DNA of 62,459 nucleotides from a virus. Lineage: Duplodnaviria; Caudoviricetes. Each line of letters starts with the position of its first letter. Positions within the stretch are counted from its first letter, which is position 1. The notes under the pieces were generated by a model. It saw only the letters and a list, made by a program, of their open reading frames with translations, did no database searches and was not told the origin of the DNA. The translations under genes were made by a program, and so were the position numbers. This document shows, piece after piece, positions 16,790 through 26,743 of the stretch. The stretch lies in the IMG/VR virus record IMGVR_UViG_3300030099_001770, positions 1 through 62,459 of that record; one strand, written 5' to 3'.

Positions 16790-18321
16790 TTTTTAACCAC
16801 CTTTATTTCATTGATTTGTGTATCACCTTTTGGTTTTTGTGACATCATCATGTCATCATCTTCTCCACCACCCTCATCTTCAATCTCGTTTGTCATGAGT
16901 GTGATTTCTTCATCTGACATATGAAGAACATTTTTTTGAACCCATCTCTTTGAATAAAAATTACCAATATAAGGTTCTAATGTTCCTAACATATCTATAC
17001 GTTCTCTTAGAATCTCTGCATCACGCAGTTCTGCAAAATGTCCATCCATTAACCAATCGTATGTAATATGTTCTTTCATCATATCCCACTCTTCTTCTGC
17101 AATCACACCAGTAAGAACTAGTTGTGTACGCAACAAGTCGTGGAATAGAATTGTAAACTTCTTTCTTAGTCTTTGTACAAACTTAGTAAATTTAAGTTCA
17201 TCTCTTGTAATTTCTGTAGACCTACCTAATGAGAAGTTCTGTTCAGCTTCCATTCTTGAGATTGGAACATTGAGTGACCTATACAGTTTTCTTTGGAAAT
17301 AGATAATGTCATCAATCTCACCAAGATTAGAACCGCCAGGCAGTGTAGTAATCTCTGTACCTCTACCACCTTCTCTTCTAGGTAACCAGAAGTCTTCCAA
17401 CATTGACATATGATTTCTGTCATCTTTAATCTCACCAGTAGATGCATCATATACCAGTTTGTTACGATAACGATTCATAACATCTTTTAGGTATTGTTCT
17501 GCTTTTATCTTTGGTAGATTACCAACATCAATATAGAATATTCGTCTTTCTGGAGCTCTTGATATTCTGTAAATAACCAGACTATCTTCAATCATTCTTA
17601 GTTGATTGACTGGTTTGATTGCTTTGTGTAGATAAGATAATACTGAACCTCTATTCTGGTCAATTAAACCAGAAGGACAATATGCAATAGAATCTTTTGA
17701 AATTTTTAATCCACTATTAACAGAACCACCAGTAGTAATTCCATGTTCATTGTAGATATAAAAATCAATCGCTTTTTGTTTTTCTTCTACTTGTGTAATT
17801 GGATTAGGTTTACCAGATATTTTTTCTCTAACCTTCTTAATTTTTTGAGGGTCAATATATCTTAATTCAGTAATACCTTTTCTTGGGTCTTTTACATCAA
17901 TAACTTTGTGATAGAATAAACGACCATCAACATACCATCTTCTGAATATGTCATGACCTTTTTCTTGAAAAGATAATAGTTGAAGAACTCTATCAAACTC
18001 TTCTCGTATTCTTCTTTTAACTTTATCAGATTGTTTTAGACCATCAAGGCCTAACGAAATTGGTGCATCATATTCATTTGACGCAACCGCTTCACTAATA
18101 ATATCTTCAATCGCACTATCACACTCTGGTTGTTGTGCAATATTACGATATCTCTTAATCAAATCGTATTGGGTTCTATCCTTTCCCTCTATGTCATAAG
18201 AAGAAGAATAAAAACCACCTTGTGCAATATCTACTGCACCATCATCAGAAGTAGGGAGCGTGAATGACGCTCCCCCTTCATCTTTTTTACGAGTGATTGT
18301 GAAACCAAATAATTCAGCCAT
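16786..18321 (-). CDS. gp20: portal vertex protein
   Basis: LFGF, FRRWYVDGR, IYRISRAPERRIFYIDVGNLP, EDFWLPRREGGRGTEI. Confidence 0.99.
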   Translation of the reverse strand: MAELFGFTITRKKDEGGASFTLPTSDDGAVDIAQGGFYSSSYDIEGKDRTQYDLIKRYRNIAQQPECDSAIEDIISEAVASNEYDAPISLGLDGLKQSDKVKRRIREEFDRVLQLLSFQEKGHDIFRRWYVDGRLFYHKVIDVKDPRKGITELRYIDPQKIKKVREKISGKPNPITQVEEKQKAIDFYIYNEHGITTGGSVNSGLKISKDSIAYCPSGLIDQNRGSVLSYLHKAIKPVNQLRMIEDSLVIYRISRAPERRIFYIDVGNLPKIKAEQYLKDVMNRYRNKLVYDASTGEIKDDRNHMSMLEDFWLPRREGGRGTEITTLPGGSNLGEIDDIIYFQRKLYRSLNVPISRMEAEQNFSLGRSTEITRDELKFTKFVQRLRKKFTILFHDLLRTQLVLTGVIAEEEWDMMKEHITYDWLMDGHFAELRDAEILRERIDMLGTLEPYIGNFYSKRWVQKNVLHMSDEEITLMTNEIEDEGGGEDDDMMMSQKPKGDTQINEIKVVKK

Positions 18322-18342
18322 AATAACTCCTTTTCGTTGTAC

Positions 18343-18350
18343 TATTTAGT
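18343..18350 (-). promoter_or_regulatory. late promoter for gp20
   Basis: ACTAAATA upstream of an AGGAG RBS. Confidence 0.6.
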
Positions 18351-18357
18351 ACGACTA

Positions 18358-18888
18358 TTAGAAGTTAACTGAAGAGGCTTCAAAGTGAGTATATCTCCAA
18401 GTTACACTGAACTCTTCAATAGCATTTGCAGTCTCATAACTTAACTCAATCGCACCAGTAGCAGTAGGTTGACAGTTTCTTAGAATGTAAGATTTAAGAA
18501 CTGTGTCATCCCTATCTAACTGTTCTACAGTCAAATCAGCAGTATAATCTGCAACATTTGATAGACCAGTATTAGTTACTGTATCATTGATTGCGTTCAA
18601 CCATCTTTCAATTGCATTTCTAATGTTGAAGTCAGTGTCATTGATAACTGTGGTTTCCCATGCCTCAAATTCTCTGTCTCCAGCAACATAGAGGTTTCTA
18701 CCTCTAAATGGAATTGCAATCTCTCCGATTGTCTGTCCAGGCAGTGCAGCTGCCTTGATTAGAAAAGATGCTTTTCGTACATCAAGTCCAGTTGCAATTG
18801 CGCCGGGCGTGTTAAAAGTTACTCTGAACTGGTTAGCTCTCGCACCACCACCAATAAGGTTTGCTTTAAATTCATCTAAAGTTGCCAT
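18358..18888 (-). CDS. gp19: tail tube protein
   Basis: GGARAN.F.V, FRGR...AGDR.F..W..T.IND, QLDR. Confidence 0.96.
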   Translation of the reverse strand: MATLDEFKANLIGGGARANQFRVTFNTPGAIATGLDVRKASFLIKAAALPGQTIGEIAIPFRGRNLYVAGDREFEAWETTVINDTDFNIRNAIERWLNAINDTVTNTGLSNVADYTADLTVEQLDRDDTVLKSYILRNCQPTATGAIELSYETANAIEEFSVTWRYTHFEASSVNF

Positions 18889-18892
18889 TTAA

Positions 18893-20905
18893 TTACCCCC
18901 CTATCTCTGAAAATGATACGCCAGTTCTCACTGCAATGAAGTTCAACTGAATGAAGTTGATAGACCTTGCTGGTTTGATAAAGATATCTGCAACAAACTC
19001 GTTTCGGTCAATTACTTCTCCAGTATTATTAGTTCCATCTGCAACAACACTAAAGTCTGTGATACCCCTTCTACCTTGAATATCTCTCAAGAAAGGTTCA
19101 ACCAAGTTTCTAAATTGTGCCCTTGTAAATTCATCATTGAACTCAAAGAGTTGGAACTTAGCAGCGGTTGCAATCGCTTTCTCAAGTAAGATGAATAGTC
19201 TTCTTACATTGATTCGGTCAAATGCACTTGGTTTTGCAAGAGCAGTTTTATCACCGAATAAGATTGTACCATTGCCTGGGAAGGAAACAACTGGATTAAT
19301 TCGTGCTGGATAGAGAATATCTCTCTGTGCTTTGGTTGGGTTAAACGCAAGTTTAACTGCACCACGAATTTGTCCTCTGTTAAAACCGCCAGGCGAGAAG
19401 AATGGGTCTGCAACTGTGTCTGTGTTTGCACAAAGACCAGCGATATCACCATTTAGTGGTACAAATCTGAATACGTCATTAAACTTATCAAATTGAAACT
19501 TGTATCCACTGTCAAAGACTGCGTATGAAGAACTTGCAAGATTATCAAAGAAACTCTTGACATTTGATGCTTGTGTGGTAGAGTTTGCAACATTAACCAC
19601 ATCATCTCTTCTTGGTGAGATGAAGACAACAACGTCTTTTCTTTTTTCTGCAAGGTCAATCAGATTAGTTGCGTGTGTAATACCATCAGTAGATGCTGGT
19701 GATGTACCAGCCATGATGAGGTTGACATCAACTGTTTCTGCATCTTCAAATTCAGTGTATGCACTGTCTAGTTCACCAACTGTTAATGCATAATCATCTG
19801 TTCCACCAGAAAGGTTGAAAGGAATTTCACCAGTAGTACCAGTTCCAACTGGGAAAGCATCTCCAGATGTACCAGCAGTTCCAGCGGCAATCTTACCACC
19901 ACCAGCACCAAGTACTGAATGATGGTCTAACCAGTATACAAATGATGATTGTTTAAAAATCACATCTGGGTAGTAGTTAGTTCCACCTTGTGCAGTTTTA
20001 GCACCAAACGCTTTTGATACAAAAGCAAATGTTTCAAGAACAGAATTTGTTCTTTCACCAGCAGTATCTTTTCTGAAACCAGAAATAAGACCAGTTCTGT
20101 CAAATACAACAATGTGCATCTCGTCATCAGAAATATTCTTACCAGTTGCATATGGTGATGTGCCAGGCGCACTATCGAATAAATCATAGAAAGCCCAACG
20201 TCTGCGAACATTAGTTGCAGCTGAAAGTGCAGTTTTTAGACCACCACCATTTGGGTCATCTAAACGTCTAATTGTTAAAGTGTCTGTGGAAATACCAGTG
20301 ACTTCATACTGTTGTCCATCTGCTTCTTGGAAGAACACAATGTCACCGACATTGTATGCAGCTCCACCAGCACCAGCAGAACCACCACCAGTGTCAACAT
20401 TAACAGTAGTTGCACCAGCAGCAGGCGTACCAGTTGTTACACCAAGTGTACCAGCGTTTCCAGCAAAAGTTTGTTCAAAAGCAAGTGGCCCCAAACACAT
20501 GGACACACCTAAACTATTTCCGTGAATACCAGCAGTTCTGGCACCCCACTCACCACTGGACGCTTGACCAGCAGCGAAATTATCTTGATAATGAGTATCG
20601 GACTTAATCAAAAGACCAGAACCGCCACTCATTGCGTTTGTGACACCACTTTCTGCTCTTACAACTCTCAGTGCGTTACCGTACTGAAGAAAGTTAGATG
20701 CAGTAAAGAATGTCTCAAAGTTACTTCCATTAGGTTTACCAAACAGTCTGACTAATTCTTCCTCTGAAGAAACCGCTGTAATCTCTGAAACTGGGCCTTT
20801 CTCAAAGGCACCAGCAATCGCACCGATAGACGTTGATACGGCAGGAACTACATTAGTTAAGTCAACCTCTCTGACAAGAACCCCAGGCGATACTTGAAAA
20901 GGCAT
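18893..20905 (-). CDS. gp18: tail sheath protein
   Basis: SPGV..REVDLT, FDRINVRRLF, FEFND.FTR, FIKPARSINFI.LNF.A. Confidence 0.98.
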   Translation of the reverse strand: MPFQVSPGVLVREVDLTNVVPAVSTSIGAIAGAFEKGPVSEITAVSSEEELVRLFGKPNGSNFETFFTASNFLQYGNALRVVRAESGVTNAMSGGSGLLIKSDTHYQDNFAAGQASSGEWGARTAGIHGNSLGVSMCLGPLAFEQTFAGNAGTLGVTTGTPAAGATTVNVDTGGGSAGAGGAAYNVGDIVFFQEADGQQYEVTGISTDTLTIRRLDDPNGGGLKTALSAATNVRRRWAFYDLFDSAPGTSPYATGKNISDDEMHIVVFDRTGLISGFRKDTAGERTNSVLETFAFVSKAFGAKTAQGGTNYYPDVIFKQSSFVYWLDHHSVLGAGGGKIAAGTAGTSGDAFPVGTGTTGEIPFNLSGGTDDYALTVGELDSAYTEFEDAETVDVNLIMAGTSPASTDGITHATNLIDLAEKRKDVVVFISPRRDDVVNVANSTTQASNVKSFFDNLASSSYAVFDSGYKFQFDKFNDVFRFVPLNGDIAGLCANTDTVADPFFSPGGFNRGQIRGAVKLAFNPTKAQRDILYPARINPVVSFPGNGTILFGDKTALAKPSAFDRINVRRLFILLEKAIATAAKFQLFEFNDEFTRAQFRNLVEPFLRDIQGRRGITDFSVVADGTNNTGEVIDRNEFVADIFIKPARSINFIQLNFIAVRTGVSFSEIGG

Positions 20906-20948
20906 ATTTTTTCTCCTTATTCTATGTCAAATAAATCATTCTTGTGTA

Positions 20949-21007
20949 TATTTAGTAAAATTAAGTTTCCAAAAACTCATTTTTATATGCACTAGAATCT
21001 ATAAATA
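20949..21007. promoter_or_regulatory. divergent late promoters (gp18 on minus, HNH-like gene on plus)
   Basis: ACTAAATA on minus at 20949-20956; TATAAATA on plus at 21000-21007. Confidence 0.65.
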
Positions 21008-21012
21008 ATATC

Positions 21013-21309
21013 ATGTCATACTATGAAAGATACCAAAAAACAATTAAAGAAGTTTCCAAGAGACATTATAACAAGAGAATAATCTGGTTAAATGAATACC
21101 TTGCATCACACTCTTGTGTTCACTGTGGTGAGCCTGAAACCATGTGTCTTAAATTTTACCCCCATGATAAAGAGATTCGTTTTAAGTCCAAACGATTAGG
21201 TCTAAATGAAGAGTCTAGAAAAGAAGTAGTTAATCTCATAGATAAATCTAAAATTGTTTGTTCTAATTGTTATATCAAATATGAAAATGATATAATTGAT
21301 ATTATGTAG
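21013..21309 (+). CDS. HNH-like zinc-binding protein, probably catalytically degenerate
   Basis: CVHCGE...CSNCY zinc-finger pair of His-Me nucleases; own late promoter. Confidence 0.7.
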   Translation: MSYYERYQKTIKEVSKRHYNKRIIWLNEYLASHSCVHCGEPETMCLKFYPHDKEIRFKSKRLGLNEESRKEVVNLIDKSKIVCSNCYIKYENDIIDIM

Positions 21310-21315
21310 TATTTT

Positions 21316-21471
21316 TTACTTCTTTGAAACTCTTTCCATAATTATTTTTCTTTCTTGGTCTGTAAGTATAGTCCAATCTCTAATTTCATCTTGAGTTCTT
21401 CCACAACCAACACATTCCATATGTGTGATTTTATTTACTAAGCGACATATTTTAACACATGGACTTTCCAT
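21316..21471 (-). CDS. DUF1289 small Cys-rich protein (not in ORF track)
   Basis: Manual translation MESPCVKICRL...ECVGCGRTQDEIRDW...ERKIIMERV; start overlaps the gp17 stop (TAATG). Confidence 0.85.
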   Translation of the reverse strand: MESPCVKICRLVNKITHMECVGCGRTQDEIRDWTILTDQERKIIMERVSKK

Positions 21472-23117
21472 TACCAACTTGTATCATAATCTCTCACAAC
21501 TGGTGACCATCTCTGACCATATTCATCTATTACCGTTTCACCAAGTGGGTCATCAATACCATTGTCCATAAATCCAAATGGAGCCATGTCTTGTTCTAGT
21601 TGGTCTTGTTGTTCTAAGAACATTCTTTCTCTGATATCTACGTTAGTAAGTTCTTTGAAATATGTTTGATTTGTCATCCATCCAAATAATACACAACACA
21701 TTGCAAGGTCATCTGTGTGTCCTTCTTCTGCTTGGAATGACTGTCCATGCTTGACAAATGTAGAAAACTCTGTTATAAGGTCATAATCATTAATAATTAA
21801 TTTATCTGTTTCTATGAGTTGTTTTAAATTAGAACACCCTAACATCTTTACTGCTTTGGTTGTTCTTACACCTAGCTGCACCTTACCCCCAGAAAACCCA
21901 GAACCAAGTATCTGACCAGCACGCCCACGCATGGACGCCATGATGAGATTATCATACTCTAAGTCATACTGCAATGCAGTTGCAACTTGTTCTCCGATAT
22001 CATTTACCTCAATCATTACATATGCGTTGTTAAATGCTTTTGCAACATCATGGATTACGTTTGGAAATAGTAGAGGTTTGATTTCATTGTTACGATATTT
22101 TGCAACAATACGATAAGGAACTTCTGATACATCAAATACTAAAAATGCAGAGTAGTCTTGTTCCGTTCCTCTTGCAACATCAGCTACAAGTGCATACGTT
22201 CTACCTTTTTCTGGTTTTTTGTAAAGTTCTAATCCAGCGTTTCTTTGTATAGGGTCATCAAATACCATTGATTTAATTTTTGTTGGGTGTATCAGTGTAT
22301 TAATAGACCCTAAGAACTCACATTCAAATTCACGATTGAATTGTTCTTGTGATGTATTTGCAATAGTTTCTTGTTTCCATTTTTCATCTCTGCCTGGGAT
22401 TTCACTCCAGTGAACTTCAATAGGATTATAAGAGTTTTTACCACTCTCTGCATCAGACCAGAGCTTGTAAAATAAATTCATACCGTTTGGTGTTGATACT
22501 ATTACAACTTTTGTACTTTGTCCAGAAGAAATTGTAGGATACACAGAACTAAAAAAGTCCTCTGCAACATTGTGAGGTACGAAAGCAAACTCATCCAAGA
22601 ATATCATATTGTATGAACCACCACGAACTGCACTAGATGATGTAGATGATGCAACGATACGAGAACCATTTTCTAAATCCAGAGAACCTTTGTTCCAAGA
22701 CATAACTCCTTGTTGCATCCACTTTGGTAGATTTTCATATGCAAGTTGCAGTCGTGAAAGAATATCTCTTGCAGTCGCAGCTTTGTTTGCAAGTATCGCT
22801 ACTCTCATCTGTTCATTAAATAGAACATAATGCAAGATGTAAGATATGATTGTAGTTGTCTTACCAGATTGTCTAGGAAGTTTGCAAATAGTAAAACGAT
22901 TATTATGAATCGTTCCTAACATTTCTTTTTGAAAAGGGTATACATCAAAAGGCACAAGACCCTCATCAAGACTAACAATCTTAATATAATTTTTGCAGAA
23001 ATGAAGAGGGTCTTGCATACACTTTTGGTATTCAAGAATTTGGTCTTTAGTCCATTCTACTTGGACGTTTGCCTTTTTTAAAAGTGGATTACCAAGGTAA
23101 TGATTTATATCTGTCAT
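21471..23117 (-). CDS. gp17: terminase large subunit
   Basis: YLGNPLLKK, PRQSGKTT, FLDEFAFV, STPNG.N.FY, HTDDLAM. Confidence 0.99.
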   Translation of the reverse strand: MTDINHYLGNPLLKKANVQVEWTKDQILEYQKCMQDPLHFCKNYIKIVSLDEGLVPFDVYPFQKEMLGTIHNNRFTICKLPRQSGKTTTIISYILHYVLFNEQMRVAILANKAATARDILSRLQLAYENLPKWMQQGVMSWNKGSLDLENGSRIVASSTSSSAVRGGSYNMIFLDEFAFVPHNVAEDFFSSVYPTISSGQSTKVVIVSTPNGMNLFYKLWSDAESGKNSYNPIEVHWSEIPGRDEKWKQETIANTSQEQFNREFECEFLGSINTLIHPTKIKSMVFDDPIQRNAGLELYKKPEKGRTYALVADVARGTEQDYSAFLVFDVSEVPYRIVAKYRNNEIKPLLFPNVIHDVAKAFNNAYVMIEVNDIGEQVATALQYDLEYDNLIMASMRGRAGQILGSGFSGGKVQLGVRTTKAVKMLGCSNLKQLIETDKLIINDYDLITEFSTFVKHGQSFQAEEGHTDDLAMCCVLFGWMTNQTYFKELTNVDIRERMFLEQQDQLEQDMAPFGFMDNGIDDPLGETVIDEYGQRWSPVVRDYDTSW

Positions 23118-23131
23118 AACAGATATATTTA

Positions 23132-23386
23132 TTATTCCTTAATAGAGTCTTCTATATGTTTTTTGTATGCAGCTTTGACTGAATCAGTATGAAACTGTGC
23201 AACCATCGCTTTTACATCTGCACTTTCCCCAGATGAATCTGAATCTGGTGCAATCACATGACGGTGAAAACTTCTAGAAAGTTCTACACCATCTTCCTCA
23301 ATAATAGTAGCAGTTCTCACTTGAATGTGTTTGAACTCGCCTACTACCTCAATTTTATCTTGTTCTGTACGTTTTGTAATCGCCAT
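23132..23386 (-). CDS. small fibre-associated protein (probable chaperone of DDYEEG-type tips)
   Basis: DKIEVV...IQVR.AT.I..DG.ELSRSFHRHV; last gene of cassette 1. Confidence 0.6.
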   Translation of the reverse strand: MAITKRTEQDKIEVVGEFKHIQVRTATIIEEDGVELSRSFHRHVIAPDSDSSGESADVKAMVAQFHTDSVKAAYKKHIEDSIKE

Positions 23387-23437
23387 TGTTTTTCTCCTTT
23401 TGTCCGCCCCTAGAATCCACTAGAGGTATAAAGTTAT

Positions 23438-24058
23438 TTATTGGTCAGTAAAGTAAGTAAAATTGCAAAGAAGTTGACTACCAGCTTGGACTTGATTTCC
23501 AGTAACTGGATTCCACCCATTACCAGAAAGATTTCTTACCTCTATTCTATTAGTATTAACCATACATCTTCCTATTGTATAATCTCTAGTTCCAGTATTA
23601 AAACTTGTCAATGGGGCAGTTTGTGTGTATGAATTTGAAGTCTGGTAAAAAGTATATGGTAGTCCAGTTATATTAACTGCATCATCAGAAGCTGTCAAAG
23701 TTCCAGCACTATTGATAGATAATGTTATCGCAACAGAAACCATATTACCAATTTTTGTATACTTTCCAGCTCTATAATAATAAGTTGATACTGCACCACT
23801 ACCATCTGGGTCTTCTATTGTTGGTGTAAAGGTGCCTTCTTCATAATCGTCAATTACGTTTGAACTTCCACCAGAACCTATTGATACACCACCACTTGCA
23901 GTAATTAATCCAGTAACACCAAGAGTACCACCAACTGTAGAATTTCCAGTTAAGTTACCAGTTACGTTACCAGTTAAATTACCAGCAATAGTATTACTTG
24001 CAGTAATATTACCAGAACCAGTTCTTGTTGCGATTGTATCTACTTTAATTGTTGACAT
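23438..24058 (-). CDS. fibre tip / receptor-binding protein (DDYEEG type)
   Basis: N-tag MSTIKVDTI; DDYEEGTFTP...G.YTKIG..V...GLPY head. Confidence 0.7.
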   Translation of the reverse strand: MSTIKVDTIATRTGSGNITASNTIAGNLTGNVTGNLTGNSTVGGTLGVTGLITASGGVSIGSGGSSNVIDDYEEGTFTPTIEDPDGSGAVSTYYYRAGKYTKIGNMVSVAITLSINSAGTLTASDDAVNITGLPYTFYQTSNSYTQTAPLTSFNTGTRDYTIGRCMVNTNRIEVRNLSGNGWNPVTGNQVQAGSQLLCNFTYFTDQ

Positions 24059-24062
24059 ACTT

Positions 24063-24893
24063 TTATCCTAACATATGACCCCAGAATCTATTTCTGGTTG
24101 ATAGACCATCTGCTGTTCCTTCTAAGTTTTTATTTCCACTACTTATTTGTCTAATATCAAAGTAATCATTTGCAGAAGCATTTACAACAACACTTCCGTG
24201 TTTTTCATAATGACCACTAATACCAGACGGAGCACCACCTTCTAGAAAATCATAGTATCTAGAACCATTTTTACAAAGTGCAAATATACCAGCGATACCA
24301 GAATTATTACCATCACCCATTGCAATTCCAAATAAATATCTTCCAGCAACTGGACAAGTAAATCTTCCTACATTAGAACTAGTATCAAAATGATTTCCAA
24401 TATTGTGGTCTGTTGTTTGATATGTTACAACAGCATTTTGAGCAACTGTTTGGTTAGCAGTCATTCCTGCTCTGAATGATGGTTGTTTTCCCATACTAAT
24501 CTGACCAGCAGCCTGAACAACTAATGCATCATTTTGAACAGCAGCACTTGATGGTTGGTTAATGATAAATGCATTATTATCACCAGTTGATGTGTGTGTT
24601 GTTCTCAATGCAATTCTATTACTTACACCAGATTGCATTGCAAGTTGGGCAAGGTCTGTTCCAGAACCAAAGTTTAATCCAACAGTAGTTGATGCTGGAA
24701 TAGTAACGCCACCAGTTGCAGTTGTAGCACCAGTAACACCAAGTGTTCCACCGACTGTTGCGTTTGATGTAATTGCAGCTGTACCTTGTCCAGTAATATT
24801 TCCAGGCACCACAAGATTATGTCCAGAACCTAAACTTACGTTTCCAGAACCAGCTACGTTTTCAATAGTATCTACTTTAATCTTGGATGACAT
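24063..24893 (-). CDS. fibre tip with C1q-like head
   Basis: N-tag MSSKIKVDTI; PSF.A...N.G.HFD....FTCPVAGRYLF C1q/TNF-like signature. Confidence 0.75.
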   Translation of the reverse strand: MSSKIKVDTIENVAGSGNVSLGSGHNLVVPGNITGQGTAAITSNATVGGTLGVTGATTATGGVTIPASTTVGLNFGSGTDLAQLAMQSGVSNRIALRTTHTSTGDNNAFIINQPSSAAVQNDALVVQAAGQISMGKQPSFRAGMTANQTVAQNAVVTYQTTDHNIGNHFDTSSNVGRFTCPVAGRYLFGIAMGDGNNSGIAGIFALCKNGSRYYDFLEGGAPSGISGHYEKHGSVVVNASANDYFDIRQISSGNKNLEGTADGLSTRNRFWGHMLG

Positions 24894-24903
24894 TTAATTT
24901 TTC

Positions 24904-25170
24904 CTATTCACCAGTTTTTATTGAATCAGATACATTCTTTGCAGTATCAACTACTTTAAGTTCAAATGCTTGAGCGACTTGTGCATCAGTTCCCACTGCA
25001 AGTGCAACAGAATTTGCATTACAATGTTCAACTAACTTTGCAATAATTTCATCTTGTGCAATACGAGCACGATTATGAATAGCGTTATCACACCAATCTT
25101 GAACTGAATAAGCAGCATACTCAAGACACTTTACTTGTGTGTCTGATACTGTCACTTTAATCTCTGCCAT
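24904..25170 (-). CDS. small fibre-associated protein (probable chaperone)
   Basis: 88 aa, QDWCDNAIHNRARIA; inside cassette 1. Confidence 0.55.
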   Translation of the reverse strand: MAEIKVTVSDTQVKCLEYAAYSVQDWCDNAIHNRARIAQDEIIAKLVEHCNANSVALAVGTDAQVAQAFELKVVDTAKNVSDSIKTGE

Positions 25171-25192
25171 TATATTCTCCTATTAATTTTAT

Positions 25193-26005
25193 TTATTGTG
25201 CAATGTAACTGAATGAACCAGTAACAAATGTTATTTGTGCTGATTGATTTACCCCACCTTTGTAAAGTTGGAATTGTCCAGCTGCATTAAGAGAAAATAA
25301 ATTTCCTACTTGTGAACTTGGGTTTGCACCCCATATACCAACTGATTGTGTACTATTATGTGCAAAAGTAGAACCAGAAGTTGCTTCAACTTGAATACTA
25401 AAAGGCATACCTTCAAGAATAAGATTTCCAGTACCACTTCCACTATTTGAATTACCGTGGTCACAAACAAACCAACAATGCACTACTTTACCTATTTTAA
25501 TATAATCACCTTTTTTTGTTGTCCAGTTTGAAGTTCTAGCGTTGTTGTAAACATTCGGAGTCCACTGGCCTTCTTCATAATCGTCAAGGGCGTTTGCAGA
25601 AGTATAACCAGTTGCAAAACTAAGTGAACCACCAGTTCCTACGTTTACATGAATACCAGCGTTGTTTGCGTTTTGAATAGTTGCTCTTTGTGTACCAGCA
25701 CCAGACCCAGAACGAAAGTCAATAAACCCACCCAAGTTTCCAGAGTTTGTATCATTTAATTTTAATCCAGTTGTTGATGCAGTAGAATAATTTACTGCGA
25801 CTTGACCACCAGTACCACCATTTACACCTACGGTACTACCAAGAGTTGTTGAACCAGTTAATGTAGATGCACCAGTAACAGCAAGTGTTCCACCTACTGT
25901 TGCATTTGTTTGAACTGCAAGAGTATCACCAGACTCAATCTTGACTGTGTTTGCATCTCCACCAGATGTTTGTCCTGCTATTGTTGTGACTGTAATCTTA
26001 CTCAT
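25193..26005 (-). CDS. fibre tip / receptor-binding protein (DDYEEG type)
   Basis: N-tag MSKITVTTI; LDDYEEGQWTP...G.Y.KIG..V...GMPF. Confidence 0.7.
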   Translation of the reverse strand: MSKITVTTIAGQTSGGDANTVKIESGDTLAVQTNATVGGTLAVTGASTLTGSTTLGSTVGVNGGTGGQVAVNYSTASTTGLKLNDTNSGNLGGFIDFRSGSGAGTQRATIQNANNAGIHVNVGTGGSLSFATGYTSANALDDYEEGQWTPNVYNNARTSNWTTKKGDYIKIGKVVHCWFVCDHGNSNSGSGTGNLILEGMPFSIQVEATSGSTFAHNSTQSVGIWGANPSSQVGNLFSLNAAGQFQLYKGGVNQSAQITFVTGSFSYIAQ

Positions 26006-26007
26006 GT

Positions 26008-26340
26008 CTATACCACCGAAAGTTCACCATTGATTGTAAGTGTAACTCCACTCGCAATTGTCAACGGCCCAGCTGCTAATCCATTATTATTTGCATCAAT
26101 AGCAACACTGGTGTTTAGTTCGTTTTCATGGACACGAATAATATCTCCAGCACCACCAGATGTTTCTCCAAGAAACTTACCACCACCTAAACCAGATGCA
26201 CTTACTCTTTTAAATGCAGTTGCAGAGGCGTCAAAAACAATCAGTGTATCACCAGATGCAGACTTATCCACATCAGCGTTTGCAAGTGTTGTTCCAGAAC
26301 CTTGGATTGCACCATTTTTAATTTGAGTTAGTAATGCCAT
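26008..26340 (-). CDS. fibre adaptor (GPLT type), first gene of cassette 1
   Basis: C-terminus DIIRVHENELNTSV.I.....AGPLTIASGVTLTINGELSVV, paralogous to 28831 and 37293. Confidence 0.65.
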   Translation of the reverse strand: MALLTQIKNGAIQGSGTTLANADVDKSASGDTLIVFDASATAFKRVSASGLGGGKFLGETSGGAGDIIRVHENELNTSVAIDANNNGLAAGPLTIASGVTLTINGELSVV

Positions 26341-26341
26341 T

Positions 26342-26743
26342 TTATTTCCCTTTTAACATCTTTTGTAGTTCAGACGTAGAACCAACAAATAATGCGTTAG
26401 TAACATTCTTAGGTGCGTTATTTGGTACTTCTTTTAACTTTTGCATTTTAAGTTGTAACTCACCCAACTTTTCTGTTACGTCTGCAACATTCTTAATCAA
26501 TTGACCAGCAACCTCATAAGACCTTGGGTGTTCACTTTCTTTTGCAAGTTCAAGAATACCATCTATTGCATCTTGTCCTCTTTCAACCAACTGATAGAAA
26601 TTTCTACGTTGGTACTCATAATCATTGTCTACCTCTTTTGGAACTTTGACCTCTGGTAAAGTTACATTTGAGGTTGATGTTTCCACAACATCAGTAATAC
26701 CTAAAACATTATCAAGTACGTTTACACTGGTTTCTGAGGCCAT
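26342..26743 (-). CDS. gp16: terminase small subunit
   Basis: DYEYQR.N.Y.LVE.G..AI.GIL.LA.ESEHPR.YEVAGQLIK, NALFVGST.ELQKML. Confidence 0.93.
   Translation of the reverse strand: MASETSVNVLDNVLGITDVVETSTSNVTLPEVKVPKEVDNDYEYQRRNFYQLVERGQDAIDGILELAKESEHPRSYEVAGQLIKNVADVTEKLGELQLKMQKLKEVPNNAPKNVTNALFVGSTSELQKMLKGK

Noticed and set aside
6085-23117. Introns, inteins or stop-codon recoding in gp46, uvsW, gp20, gp23 or gp17
   Set aside because: All are uninterrupted and of normal length under the standard code.
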